Shown: positions 17,011-27,750, counted from the stretch's first letter. The stretch is DNA of 64,000 nucleotides from Candidatus Scatosoma sp. (GCA_045128175.1 JBGVRF010000045.1:3453-67452); one strand, 5' to 3'. The notes: generated by a model from the letters alone, not told the origin. Numbers and translations: made by a program.

Positions 17011-17835
17011 TCAAAGACCGAGGTGCTGATTGACGAGCGCCTGAATGCCTTCTTCGCCGAGTTCGTTCAACACTTCGTTGATGGCGTTGAGCAGTTCGGT
17101 CTGGCCTTTGGTTACGCAGATCGCGTATACGTCGACGGCAGCTTCGTCGTTTTCGCCTTCGCCGCCTTTATAATACAGGGGGGCGCAAGCGAGCTCGGAT
17201 CTGCCTTCGATAAGTTTTTTCGCGGGAAGCTCGTCGATGATGAGCACGTCGGATTCTAAGCCGATATCGGCAACGGCGGACGCCAATGCGTCGAAACCGA
17301 CCTTTGCCGCGCCTGTGTCATAGATCGTGCCGCCTTCATCCAACTCGTCGCCGAGGAACAGATCTGCCGTCGTACCGTTCTGAACGGCGATGCTTTTACC
17401 TGCAAGCGAATCCCAATATACGCCCGTCACCGTGTCGGTCGTGGTGCTTTCGTAGGAAGCCGCTGTGTCCGTCTTGTAGATGACGTAAAGGTTTGCCGTG
17501 TAATATTCGTTGGAGAAATCTACCTTTTCGGCTCTTTCGGGGGTCACGGAAATGCCTGCTGCGCCAACGTTGCACAGCTTGCCTGCCGCAACCGCGTCGA
17601 TGATCGTATCGAAGCTGACGTTTTCGAATACGACTTTTTTGCCGAGCTTCTCGCCGACTCTGTTCATAATGTCTACGTCAACGCCGACGATTTTACCGTC
17701 GAAAATATATTCGAAAGGGGCGAAGCCTGCCTCGGTGTAAACGGTCAACGTTTCTTCAGTGGATACGCAGGAGCCGAGTCCGAGGCTTGCGCATGCCGCT
17801 ACGGTTGCGAGAGTCATTGCAATAAATTTTTTCAT
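17011..17835 (-). CDS. amino-acid ABC transporter substrate-binding lipoprotein
   Basis: Signal peptide with lipobox LGLGSC and a family-3 solute-binding pattern. Confidence 0.88.
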   Translation of the reverse strand: MKKFIAMTLATVAACASLGLGSCVSTEETLTVYTEAGFAPFEYIFDGKIVGVDVDIMNRVGEKLGKKVVFENVSFDTIIDAVAAGKLCNVGAAGISVTPERAEKVDFSNEYYTANLYVIYKTDTAASYESTTTDTVTGVYWDSLAGKSIAVQNGTTADLFLGDELDEGGTIYDTGAAKVGFDALASAVADIGLESDVLIIDELPAKKLIEGRSELACAPLYYKGGEGENDEAAVDVYAICVTKGQTELLNAINEVLNELGEEGIQALVNQHLGL

Positions 17836-18040
17836 GATAAAATTCTCCTTATATAATGTAATAAAATTTCTTTACGAGGCTTATTGTATACTTATTTTGG
17901 GAATAAGTCAATCGATTTTGCATTAGATTTGCAAAAAATTTTATAAAATCTTATTATGAAATGCATAAATGAATAAAAATTTTGTATATAACGAATAAAT
18001 TCATTTTTTATGCATTTTATCGGGAGGGGAGTGCAATGGA

Positions 18041-18069
18041 TTGCAATTTTGCGGGAGATGTGGTATAAT
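18041..18069 (+). promoter_or_regulatory. strong sigma-A promoter for tgt
   Basis: TTGCAA, 17-nt spacer, TGgTATAAT (extended -10). Confidence 0.65.
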
Positions 18070-18091
18070 AGTGGTTGCTAAACGAGAATAA

Positions 18092-19234
<1,143 letters not shown>

Positions 19235-19252
19235 CGAAATATGCTTTTTACG

Positions 19253-19280
19253 AAAGAACGACTGCGGTCGTTCTTTTTTT
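19253..19280 (+). terminator. rho-independent terminator after tgt
   Basis: 10-bp stem AAAGAACGAC/GTCGTTCTTT, loop TGCG, then a T run. Confidence 0.8.
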
Positions 19281-19393
19281 GGCATTTTTAGAATTTTTTA
19301 AAATTTTTCTTCAAAACGCTTGACAGAAGTGTAAAATTTGTGATATTATTTTGATATCAATATGAAAATACTTTTTCATTTTTGGAGGCTGAT

Positions 19394-20101
19394 ATGTTAA
19401 AAATAGAAAATTTGACGAAAACGTATGGAGATAAGAAAGCGGTTGACGGGCTGTCTTTGCATATCCGAAAGGGGGAAATATACGGGTTTATCGGTCACAA
19501 CGGCGCCGGGAAGACGACGACGTTGAAGGCGTGCTGCGGAATTTTACAGTTTGACGAGGGGGAGATATTTGTAGACGGGGTATCGGTAAAGGACGAGCCG
19601 CTTGTTTGTAAAGCGAAGCTTGCGTATATCCCCGACAATCCTGATTTGTACGCGTTTATGACGGGGATACAGTATCTCAATTTTATTGCGGACGTGTTCA
19701 AGGTATCGGCGGCGGACCGCGCGGAGAGGATAAAAAAGTACGCGGATGCATTTGCGCTGACTGTGGATCTTGCGCAGCCGATCGCGGCATATTCGCATGG
19801 GATGAAGCAAAAGCTGGCGGTGATCTCTGCGTGGATCCATCAACCGAAGCTGGTGATTATGGATGAGCCGTTTGTTGGGCTTGATCCCAAAGCGGCGCAT
19901 ACGTTAAAAGAAATGATGCGCGAGCTGTGTGATCAGGGAGGCGCGATATTTTTCTCCACACATGTGTTGGAGGTTGCGGAAAAGCTGTGTGATAAAGTGG
20001 CGATCATAAAGGGCGGAAAATTGATAAAGGCGGGTACCATGGACGAGGTGAAAGGGGATGACAGCCTCGAATCAGTGTTTTTGGAGCTGGTGGAGGGCTG
20101 A
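19394..20101 (+). CDS. ABC transporter ATP-binding protein (exporter type)
   Basis: Walker A GHNGAGKTT, signature SHGMKQK and Walker B VIMDEP. GGAGG lies 5 nt upstream. Confidence 0.9.
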   Translation: MLKIENLTKTYGDKKAVDGLSLHIRKGEIYGFIGHNGAGKTTTLKACCGILQFDEGEIFVDGVSVKDEPLVCKAKLAYIPDNPDLYAFMTGIQYLNFIADVFKVSAADRAERIKKYADAFALTVDLAQPIAAYSHGMKQKLAVISAWIHQPKLVIMDEPFVGLDPKAAHTLKEMMRELCDQGGAIFFSTHVLEVAEKLCDKVAIIKGGKLIKAGTMDEVKGDDSLESVFLELVEG

Positions 20102-20152
20102 GTCTTAGCGTTTACAATCAGCTTTAATTGTGCGCATTGAAGAGGTGTGAAT

Positions 20153-21751
20153 ATGGTAAAAGTGTTATTGAAGAAACAGTTGATGGAATTTTTTGCGTTT
20201 TTTACGCAAGGTAAGGGGGGAAAACGTCGGCCGAAGGGCGCGGTAATCGGTTTTTCGGCGTTGATGCTGTATGCCGTCGTGGCGGTTGTTGCGATGTTCT
20301 GGTTGTTGTCGGGAGCACTTTGCGAACCGTACGTTAGTGCCGGATTGACTTGGGTATATTTTGCGTTCATTGCAACCATGGCTACCGCTTTTGGTGTGGT
20401 TGGCGGGGTATTTATGACCAAAAGCACGTTGTATGAGGCGAAGGATAACGAGTTGCTTTTGTCTATGCCTGCGCCGCCTTGGGCGATATTGTTTTCAAGA
20501 CTGGTAGGCGTGTATGCGATTACATTTTTGTTTGAAGGCTTGGTATTTATCCCTGCGGTCGTTCGCTATTTTACCGTCGTGGGCGTTTCGTTGCTGCCGA
20601 TGGTGTTTTTGTTTGTAATTACATTGATTTTGCCGTTGGGCGCGCTGGCGATATGTTGCTTGCTCGGCTGGCTGGTTGCACTCATCACTGCGCGGATGCG
20701 TTCGAAAAACCTGTTTACCATCCTTCTTTCGTTTGTGTTTATGGCTGTCTACGTGTTAGTATATATGAACTTCAACGAATACCTGGTATACGTCATGGAA
20801 CATGGCGAGGCGGTGGGGACGGCGATGAAAACGTCCTTGTATCCCTTCTACCAGTTGGGATTGGCAGCAACGGGCGATCCGCTTGCGATGTTGATTTTTC
20901 TCGGTTTGTTCGTGGGGGCGTTTGCGCTTATTTATTGTATCCTTTCTAAAACGTATTTGCGTATCATTATATCGAATCGAGGTGGCAAACGGGCAAAATA
21001 TAAAGCGAAGGAAGCCAAACGCGCGTCCGTGGGCGCGGCTTTGCTGAAACGAGAGGCGTTGCGTTTTTTTAAATGTGCGGCATATCTTTTGAATGCGTCC
21101 ATGGGTGTGATATTTATTGCGATTGTGTCGGTTTTATGTTTGGTAAAAGGGGATCTTTTCGGAATGACGGGGGAGGTCATCCTTGCCGCCGGTGGCACAC
21201 GGGAGCTTTCGGGATTGATCGTTTCGTTATGCATTTGCATCAGCGTGGCGATGAACGTGGTCAGCTCGTCCTCCATTTCTTTGGAGGGGGAAAATATCTG
21301 GATTGCGCAATCGTTACCTGTTGATACGTGGGAGGTGTTAAAGGCGAAGCTTGGTTTGCATATTCTCGTCACTGCCCTTCCTGCGGCGGGGTTTGCAGTT
21401 ATTGCGGGTATCGTGATGGATGCAGGAGTGCTTTTAACGGCGCTGTCCGTGATTGTCGGGGGTGTTTTCACTTTCTTTACGGCGGCGTTTGGGTTGGCGG
21501 CAAACCTGAAATTTCCCAATTTGCGTTGGACGAGCGAAACGGTTGCCGTTAAACAGGGGGCCGCCACGTTGCTTGCCATGCTGGGAAATATCGCGGTGGT
21601 GATGTTGCTTGTGGGCGGATATTTTCTTTTCGGTAAATATATGCCGGCGGTTTTGTTTACGGCGATCTGTATCTTATTGCTTGCGGCGGCTTGCGCGGCG
21701 CTAGTCTTATGGTTGAAAAAGCGGGGCGTGAAGATCTTTGAAAGTTTGTGA
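20153..21751 (+). CDS. large polytopic putative ABC exporter permease
   Basis: About 12 hydrophobic segments in two halves, immediately downstream of the ATPase. Confidence 0.7.
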   Translation: MVKVLLKKQLMEFFAFFTQGKGGKRRPKGAVIGFSALMLYAVVAVVAMFWLLSGALCEPYVSAGLTWVYFAFIATMATAFGVVGGVFMTKSTLYEAKDNELLLSMPAPPWAILFSRLVGVYAITFLFEGLVFIPAVVRYFTVVGVSLLPMVFLFVITLILPLGALAICCLLGWLVALITARMRSKNLFTILLSFVFMAVYVLVYMNFNEYLVYVMEHGEAVGTAMKTSLYPFYQLGLAATGDPLAMLIFLGLFVGAFALIYCILSKTYLRIIISNRGGKRAKYKAKEAKRASVGAALLKREALRFFKCAAYLLNASMGVIFIAIVSVLCLVKGDLFGMTGEVILAAGGTRELSGLIVSLCICISVAMNVVSSSSISLEGENIWIAQSLPVDTWEVLKAKLGLHILVTALPAAGFAVIAGIVMDAGVLLTALSVIVGGVFTFFTAAFGLAANLKFPNLRWTSETVAVKQGAATLLAMLGNIAVVMLLVGGYFLFGKYMPAVLFTAICILLLAAACAALVLWLKKRGVKIFESL

Positions 21752-21980
21752 TGGATAACGAAACGGGCATACCGTGTATTTGACGAGCGGTAAAAAATCG
21801 TTTTTTCGAAGGTGCGTCGAGCGGGTGTAAGGCGCGTGAAGCGGCATGAAAAATTTGTGAAAAATAAAAAAATCCAAAATTTGTCAGAAAATCGCTTGCA
21901 AAAAAACAAAAAAAAGGATATCATATAGGTACTGAAAATTTGGAAAAGCGCGGTTTCCGCGCAAAAAAAAGGAGAAAGAT

Positions 21981-22418
21981 ATGCTTTTTAATTTATTGAC
22001 TGCAAGCGACGCGGTGGGCTCTGCGACGTCGTCCGGTGCCACTCCAGCGTCAAATCCTTGGCAACAGTGGATCATCATCGGGTTGTTTGCCGTTCTTCTG
22101 ATCGTGTTTATGGTCATCAACAGACGTTCGCAGAAGAAGAGACAGGAAGAAACGAACAATATGCTCAATTCTATCCAGCCCGGTAATAAGGTCAAGACTA
22201 TCGGCGGGATCTGCGGCATCGTCGTAGAGGTTTGCCCTGAGGACAACACCTTCGTGCTGGAGACGGGTACGGAAGCAAGTGGAAAATCCTATCTTAAATT
22301 CGACAAGCAGGCGATCTATCAAACGGACGCCGTGACGAAGAAAGAGGAAAAGGCGGAAGAAAAGCCGGAAGAAACGACGGAAACACCCGCGGAAGAAACC
22401 AAAGCGGACAAAGAATAA
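21981..22418 (+). CDS. yajC: preprotein translocase subunit YajC with an acidic C-terminal extension
   Basis: Single TM followed by RRSQKKRQEE...L..GNKVKTIGGICGIVVEV. Confidence 0.85.
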   Translation: MLFNLLTASDAVGSATSSGATPASNPWQQWIIIGLFAVLLIVFMVINRRSQKKRQEETNNMLNSIQPGNKVKTIGGICGIVVEVCPEDNTFVLETGTEASGKSYLKFDKQAIYQTDAVTKKEEKAEEKPEETTETPAEETKADKE

Positions 22419-22473
22419 GAAACGTTCTAAGAAACGAACACCTTCGCATACAATATGGCGGAGGTGTTTTTGT

Positions 22474-22863
22474 ATGCAGAAAGAAAATTCTTACGGCACG
22501 TACGGCAACGGTTGGTTTTCGGTAATCAAGGGCGCGGGGCTCGCTCTCGCTATCTCTCTGCTTTCGGCAGTGGTATTCGCTTGCATCCTTCGCGCGACCG
22601 GTTTGCCCGATTCGATCGTTTATCCCGTCAATCAGACGGTGAAAGCAGTGTCGATCGCGATCGGCACGCTGGTGTTCACGCGCGGTGAAAAAGGCTGGCT
22701 GAAAGGGTTTGGCGTTGCGCTGGCATTCACGGCGCTGTCCTATCTCGCGTTTTCCGCGCTCGGCGGCGATTTTTCCCTGTCCTGGCTGATCTTTGTCGAA
22801 TTGTTTGTCGCGCTCCTTGTCGGCGCGGTCAGTGGGATCGTCGCCGTCAATCTCAGAAGATGA
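22474..22863 (+). CDS. TIGR04086-type small integral membrane protein
   Basis: Four TM segments and the characteristic position between yajC and the SCIFF peptide. Confidence 0.7.
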   Translation: MQKENSYGTYGNGWFSVIKGAGLALAISLLSAVVFACILRATGLPDSIVYPVNQTVKAVSIAIGTLVFTRGEKGWLKGFGVALAFTALSYLAFSALGGDFSLSWLIFVELFVALLVGAVSGIVAVNLRR

Positions 22864-22919
22864 TTTTATGAAAAATAGCAGGCGGGATAATAAAACTCGA
22901 AAAAAATGGAATAAACTGC

Positions 22920-22948
22920 TTGCAATTTGTGTGAAAGTATAGTATAAT
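22920..22948 (+). promoter_or_regulatory. sigma-A promoter for the SCIFF precursor
   Basis: TTGCAA, 17-nt spacer, TATAAT. Confidence 0.65.
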
Positions 22949-22980
22949 AATTACATAAATTTTAAACTCAGGAGGTCGTT

Positions 22981-23133
22981 ATGATCAAAACGATTGCGAA
23001 ACCCGCAGATAAGAAAGTAACCGGTTGCGGCGAATGCAGAAGCACCTGTCAGTCCGCTTGCAAAACCAGCTGCACGGTAGGTAACCAGTCCTGCGAAAGA
23101 ATCACGCGCGAAGAAAAGATCGAACGCAAATAA
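22981..23133 (+). CDS. scfA: SCIFF (six-cysteine) ranthipeptide precursor
   Basis: Hand-translated 50 aa: MIKTIAKPADKKVTGCGECRSTCQSACKTSCTVGNQSCERITREEKIERK. There are six Cys, an AGGAGG RBS, and the cognate maturase sits downstream. Confidence 0.92.
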   Translation: MIKTIAKPADKKVTGCGECRSTCQSACKTSCTVGNQSCERITREEKIERK

Positions 23134-23175
23134 TCGGGAAAGCGTTTTCTCGGGCGGTAAAAAAGAAAAGATCGC

Positions 23176-23210
23176 AAAAACGGCGTATTTGTTAAAAGTA
23201 CGCCGTTTTT
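23176..23210 (+). terminator. hairpin plus U-tract between precursor and maturase (candidate partial terminator)
   Basis: Stem AAAAACGGCGTA/TACGCCGTTTTT with an 11-nt loop. Confidence 0.65.
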
Positions 23211-23253
23211 AACCGAGTTTTGAATTTTTGATTTAAAAGGCGAAATAACTTTT

Positions 23254-24588
23254 ATGATACACGTATTCAGTTACAAGGATAAGAACTATATTTACGACGT
23301 TGGCAGCGGTAGCCTGCACGAGTGTGATAAGCCCACTGCCGATTTTCTCAAAGCGAAAGAGGAAGGGCAGGACGTCGATATCACTTATATCACGGACGAG
23401 CAGCTCAAAGAGATACTCGCGGACGTGGAGGGGCTGAAAGCGCAGGGCTTGTTGTTTAAGGAAGAGGTAAGCTCGTATCCCATGAAAAGCAACGAGGTGA
23501 AGGCGCTTTGTATCCACATCTGTCACGATTGCAATTTCCGTTGTCGCTATTGCTTTGCCGACGAAGGGGCGTATCATTCTAAGCGTGAATCGATGAGCTT
23601 CGAAACGGCGAAAGCGGCTGTGGATTTTCTCATTGAAAACAGCGGGAAACGGAAGGTGCTGGAAATGGACTTTTTCGGTGGCGAGCCGCTGATGAATTTC
23701 GACGTTTTGAAAAGGACGGTATACTACGCGAAGGAGGCGGCGGCGAAAGCGGGGAAGAAATTCCTGTTTACGACGACGACCAACGCGTTGCTTCTTTCCG
23801 ACGAGGTGATCGAATTTTTCAACGAGGAAATGGAAAACGTCGTGCTGTCGCTCGACGGACGGAAGGAGGTGCACGACGCGATCCGTAAGACCGTCAATGG
23901 TAAGGGCACGTTCGACCTCATCATCGACAAAATCAAGCGTTTTATTTCCCTTCGCGGTAATAAGAGCTATTACGTGCGCGGCACGTTCACGGCGAAGAAT
24001 CTCGATTTTGCAAAGGACGTATTGTTTATTGCCGATCAGGGGGTGGATTCCATCTCGATGGAGCCCGTGGTGACGGAGCTGGAGGACTTGCAGATACGGG
24101 ACGAGCATATGCCCGCGATCGAGAAGGAATACGAAAATCTTTGCGACGCGTATTTACAGCGTTACGCCGAGGGGAAGGGTTTCAATTTCTTCCATTTCAA
24201 CGTGGATCTGGAAGGTGGACCCTGTCTTTCCAAGCGCGTTTCCGCCTGCGGCGCGGGGAACGAATATTTTTCCGTCGCCCCCAACGGGGATCTGTATCCC
24301 TGTCACCAGTTCGTGGGGGATGAGAAATTTCGCATGGGCAGTGTGACAGAAGGAATCACGGCGACGGAAACAAGAGAATTGTTTAAAAATTCCTGCCTGT
24401 TCACGCGGAAAAAATGCGGGGATTGCTTCGCGAAGTTCATCTGCTCGGGCGGGTGTAACGCAAACAATTACCATTACAACGGCGATATCAACGACCCGTA
24501 CGAGGCGACCTGCGCAATGATGAAAAAACGTATCGAGTGCGGTATGCACATTCTTGCGGAAAAGAAACTGTTAAACGGTCGGGAATGA
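23254..24588 (+). CDS. scfB: SCIFF radical SAM maturase (SPASM domain thioether synthase)
   Basis: CHDCNFRCRYC radical-SAM motif and C-terminal SPASM cysteines (CGAGNEY..., CGDCFAKFICSGGC). Confidence 0.92.
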   Translation: MIHVFSYKDKNYIYDVGSGSLHECDKPTADFLKAKEEGQDVDITYITDEQLKEILADVEGLKAQGLLFKEEVSSYPMKSNEVKALCIHICHDCNFRCRYCFADEGAYHSKRESMSFETAKAAVDFLIENSGKRKVLEMDFFGGEPLMNFDVLKRTVYYAKEAAAKAGKKFLFTTTTNALLLSDEVIEFFNEEMENVVLSLDGRKEVHDAIRKTVNGKGTFDLIIDKIKRFISLRGNKSYYVRGTFTAKNLDFAKDVLFIADQGVDSISMEPVVTELEDLQIRDEHMPAIEKEYENLCDAYLQRYAEGKGFNFFHFNVDLEGGPCLSKRVSACGAGNEYFSVAPNGDLYPCHQFVGDEKFRMGSVTEGITATETRELFKNSCLFTRKKCGDCFAKFICSGGCNANNYHYNGDINDPYEATCAMMKKRIECGMHILAEKKLLNGRE

Positions 24589-24795
24589 TAAAACGTCGTC
24601 GCACACAACGGAAGGCAGAGGCAGAACCTTTGTCAAGGTTCCGTTAAGTAAAACGGAGTTTTGCACTTATCCACGGCGACATCCGTTTTTCGTTAGGTTT
24701 TGTTTTTCCTACGAGGGCGTCGCTCGAAAAATGTTAAAAAATACAGTTTTTTTTACGAAAAAAACAAAAAAATTGCATATCTTCGTCGTTATGAC

Positions 24796-24824
24796 TTGAC
24801 GAATGAATTTGAAATGAGTATAAT
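24796..24824 (+). promoter_or_regulatory. sigma-A promoter for secDF
   Basis: TTGACG, 17-nt spacer, TATAAT. Confidence 0.6.
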
Positions 24825-24887
24825 AGGAAGGTAACTATTGTACATCGGATGAAAATTCCGAAAGATAATCAGGAGGCTTATATCAAT

Positions 24888-26417
24888 ATGGGCAAGAAAA
24901 AATCGGTGGTACTCATGGTGATTCTTACCATCGTGATCGTCGTATTGTGCGCGATAACGGCATTCCCCGCGTTCGCTGTTCCCGGAACGGTGAAAAAATG
25001 GAATCCCGCCATCATGCAGTACGACCTCGGCGCTGATCTCGGCGGCGGTTACTACGCGTACTACTATCCGGAAGGCGTAATTACCGAAACCGAGTATGAC
25101 AACGAACTCTCCGCTCTGAATGCGGCTATCGAAGCTGCTGCTGATGCGGACGAGAAAGCGGAGGCTGAAGAAGCGAAGGCGGAATACGTGGATTCGTATC
25201 TGTCTCACAAGGGACTGTACCTGAGCAAGGACGAGGACAAGAACCTCGTTGCGGCAAACGGTACGGACGTAATGGATTCGTTTAAAGAGTCCTTCTCTGC
25301 GGCTGCGAAAGAGATCTCGGCGCGTTACGCTGCGCAGGGATATTCCGATTACCGCGTGGCGATCGTGGACGATTATTCGATCCGCGTCGAGCTTCCCCTC
25401 TCGGAGGCGAACGCGGGCAACGTTTTGTCTATGTTCCTGCATACGGGTGAAATGACCATCGAAATGGGCGGTGAGACCGTGGACGAGCTTAAGAGCACCG
25501 ACGCGGCGATCACCGATCTTATCAAGAGCTTTTCCGTGGGCGATCAGTACGGCGTTTCGTACGTGAGATTGAACCTTACGAGCGCAGGTAAAGATATGAT
25601 CGTGGCGGCGAAAGAAACGCTGACGACTTCCGATTCGAAGGATACGGCGACGACGCTTGACGTGAAGATCGGCGATACGACTATTCTTTCGGTATATCAG
25701 GATCACATCGATACCAAAAATACGGTAAAGGTGCCCCTTGCCTACGTGGAAAACAGAGCGTACGTAGACACCGTTTGCAACCTGCTCAAATCCGTCCTTA
25801 ACAACGGCGGATTCGACGTGGAATTCAGAGATCTTGCAACGAGTGAAGTGAGAGTGTTTGAGCCTGTTTACGGCGAAAATACGTTGCTTTTGATCTATAT
25901 CGCGATCGCTGTCGTTATCGTCGCGTTGATCGTCGGCGCGATCGTGAAGATGGGCGGATTCGGCGGTATGAACGCGTATACGACTCTGTCCTATCTTATC
26001 GTCACGGGGCTTTGCTTTGCATTTATTTCCGGCGGCGTGTTTGAGGTGACGCTCGGAACGGTGCTGATCTTCCTGGCGGGATTGGTACTTACGAACGTAC
26101 TCAACGGCTATATCTATAAGGCGATCAAAGCGGAATTCGACCTCGGTAAAACGGTGGAATCGTCCGTTCGCGGCGGCTACAACAAGACGCTGTGGAACGT
26201 TGTGGACGTTTACGCGGTGCTCGTGCTGGGCTGCATTGCGTTGCTGATCGGCGTTGCGGGCGCTTATACGCTTGCGTTGCAGGGGCTGATCTGTGTGATT
26301 ACGGCTGCGTTCTGCAACTTGCTTTGGGGACGTTTCATCAATTTCGTGAATTTGTCCGCAAGCAAGAACAAATACAAATATTTCCGCTTCGTAAGGGAGG
26401 ATGACGACGATGAGTAA
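24888..26417 (+). CDS. secD: protein translocase subunit SecD
   Basis: N-terminal TM, a large extracytoplasmic domain and a C-terminal six-TM bundle. AGGAGG lies upstream of 24888; an alternative ATG is at 24849. Confidence 0.85.
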   Translation: MGKKKSVVLMVILTIVIVVLCAITAFPAFAVPGTVKKWNPAIMQYDLGADLGGGYYAYYYPEGVITETEYDNELSALNAAIEAAADADEKAEAEEAKAEYVDSYLSHKGLYLSKDEDKNLVAANGTDVMDSFKESFSAAAKEISARYAAQGYSDYRVAIVDDYSIRVELPLSEANAGNVLSMFLHTGEMTIEMGGETVDELKSTDAAITDLIKSFSVGDQYGVSYVRLNLTSAGKDMIVAAKETLTTSDSKDTATTLDVKIGDTTILSVYQDHIDTKNTVKVPLAYVENRAYVDTVCNLLKSVLNNGGFDVEFRDLATSEVRVFEPVYGENTLLLIYIAIAVVIVALIVGAIVKMGGFGGMNAYTTLSYLIVTGLCFAFISGGVFEVTLGTVLIFLAGLVLTNVLNGYIYKAIKAEFDLGKTVESSVRGGYNKTLWNVVDVYAVLVLGCIALLIGVAGAYTLALQGLICVITAAFCNLLWGRFINFVNLSASKNKYKYFRFVREDDDDE

Positions 26418-27570
26418 GAATACGGGAAAGAAATGGACCCTTTGGTCTATCATTATTGCAGTTGTCCTCATTGCGGCGGTTGCGCTTGGAATCGTTTTCG
26501 GCGGCTTTAACGGCGCGACCTCGATGGACGACGCCAAGACGTTGACTGTGACCATGAACAAGCTGGTTTACAACACGCAGCTTGAAAAGGTCGAAGAGAT
26601 CTGTGAAAACGAATTCGGTTCTTTGAAGTACGTTGCCGAAAAGAAAGGCGAGATGTCGGGCGACGACAGCGAGATCGTGTATGTGTTTGACGCGGATGCG
26701 GATCTGGCTGCGTTGGAGGAGGCTTTGAACGCGAAGTTCGAAGCGGCTACGAACGGCGGCGAGCTGGACGGCTCGTTTATCAGCGTTACAACGAATGAAG
26801 AAGCGGTGGTTTCCACCTTGGCGAAAGACGTTGTACTTCGCGGCGTGATTGCGCTGGCGGTGTTTGCGGTTCTGGCATTCGCATACGTATCTTTGCGTTA
26901 TAAACTCGATATGGGTATCGTTGCAGCGATCTGCGTCGTGCTTAGCGGTGCGTTGACGGCGGCGATCGCAATGATCGTACGTATCCCCGTTACGGCATCG
27001 TTGGTGTACGTGATCTGCGTGTCCGCGTTGATGACAGCGGTGACCGTGCTTTTGACCTTTAACAAGATCCGCGCGAACGCGAAAGCGGAAGAAGCGATTT
27101 CTGCGGAAGAACTTGTTTCCTCTTCTGTCGCATCGAAAGAGATCTGTAAGCTGGTTTGGTTGACAGGCGGCGCGATCGTTTTGGTCGGCGTTGTATCCGG
27201 CGTTGCATCGTTGATCTCTGCGGGTGTGCTTTCGACGACGTTCTGGTTTGCCGTTCAGGCAGTCGTTGCTGTTTTGGTGGCTTGGTTTATGGGCGTCGTA
27301 TATGCGCCTGCGCTGTATCTGCCTTTCAAGGCTGCGGAAGACGAGAAAAACGAAGGCAAGACCAAAACCGATTATCAGGGCGCAAAGAAAACGAGCGCGA
27401 AGGTAAAGAAAGTTTTCGCTCCGAAAGCTTCCGCTAAAAAAGTCGAACTCGTCGAGGAAGAAGTAAAAGAGGAAGCTGAAGCTACGGTCGAAGAAGCTGT
27501 TGAAGAAACGGTTGAAGAAGCTGTTGAAGAAACGGAAGATGCTCCCGCGGAAGAAGTGACCGAAGAATAA
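26410..27570 (+). CDS. secF: protein translocase subunit SecF with an acidic repeat tail
   Basis: SecF-like TM bundle that overlaps the secD stop. The tail reads VEEEVKEEAEATVEEAVEETVEEAVEETED. Confidence 0.85.
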   Translation: MSKNTGKKWTLWSIIIAVVLIAAVALGIVFGGFNGATSMDDAKTLTVTMNKLVYNTQLEKVEEICENEFGSLKYVAEKKGEMSGDDSEIVYVFDADADLAALEEALNAKFEAATNGGELDGSFISVTTNEEAVVSTLAKDVVLRGVIALAVFAVLAFAYVSLRYKLDMGIVAAICVVLSGALTAAIAMIVRIPVTASLVYVICVSALMTAVTVLLTFNKIRANAKAEEAISAEELVSSSVASKEICKLVWLTGGAIVLVGVVSGVASLISAGVLSTTFWFAVQAVVAVLVAWFMGVVYAPALYLPFKAAEDEKNEGKTKTDYQGAKKTSAKVKKVFAPKASAKKVELVEEEVKEEAEATVEEAVEETVEEAVEETEDAPAEEVTEE

Positions 27571-27750
27571 AAGCGGGACGGATAAAGCGAAAGGCTTATC
27601 GAAGTTAAAAAACGATTATGAAAGGGCGGGCGGGGATGTACCCACCCGCCCGAAATTATTAAAAGGCGGTTCCGTCTTTTGTGGTTTGCGTTCTTCGAAC
27701 TTGTGGAACGCACTGATATAGAAATTTATCTTTTAAGACAGTATATAATT

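Noticed and set aside
24789-26561. 590-aa antisense ORF across secD.
   Set aside because: It is a shadow frame of secD/secF with an Arg/His-rich composition and no start context.
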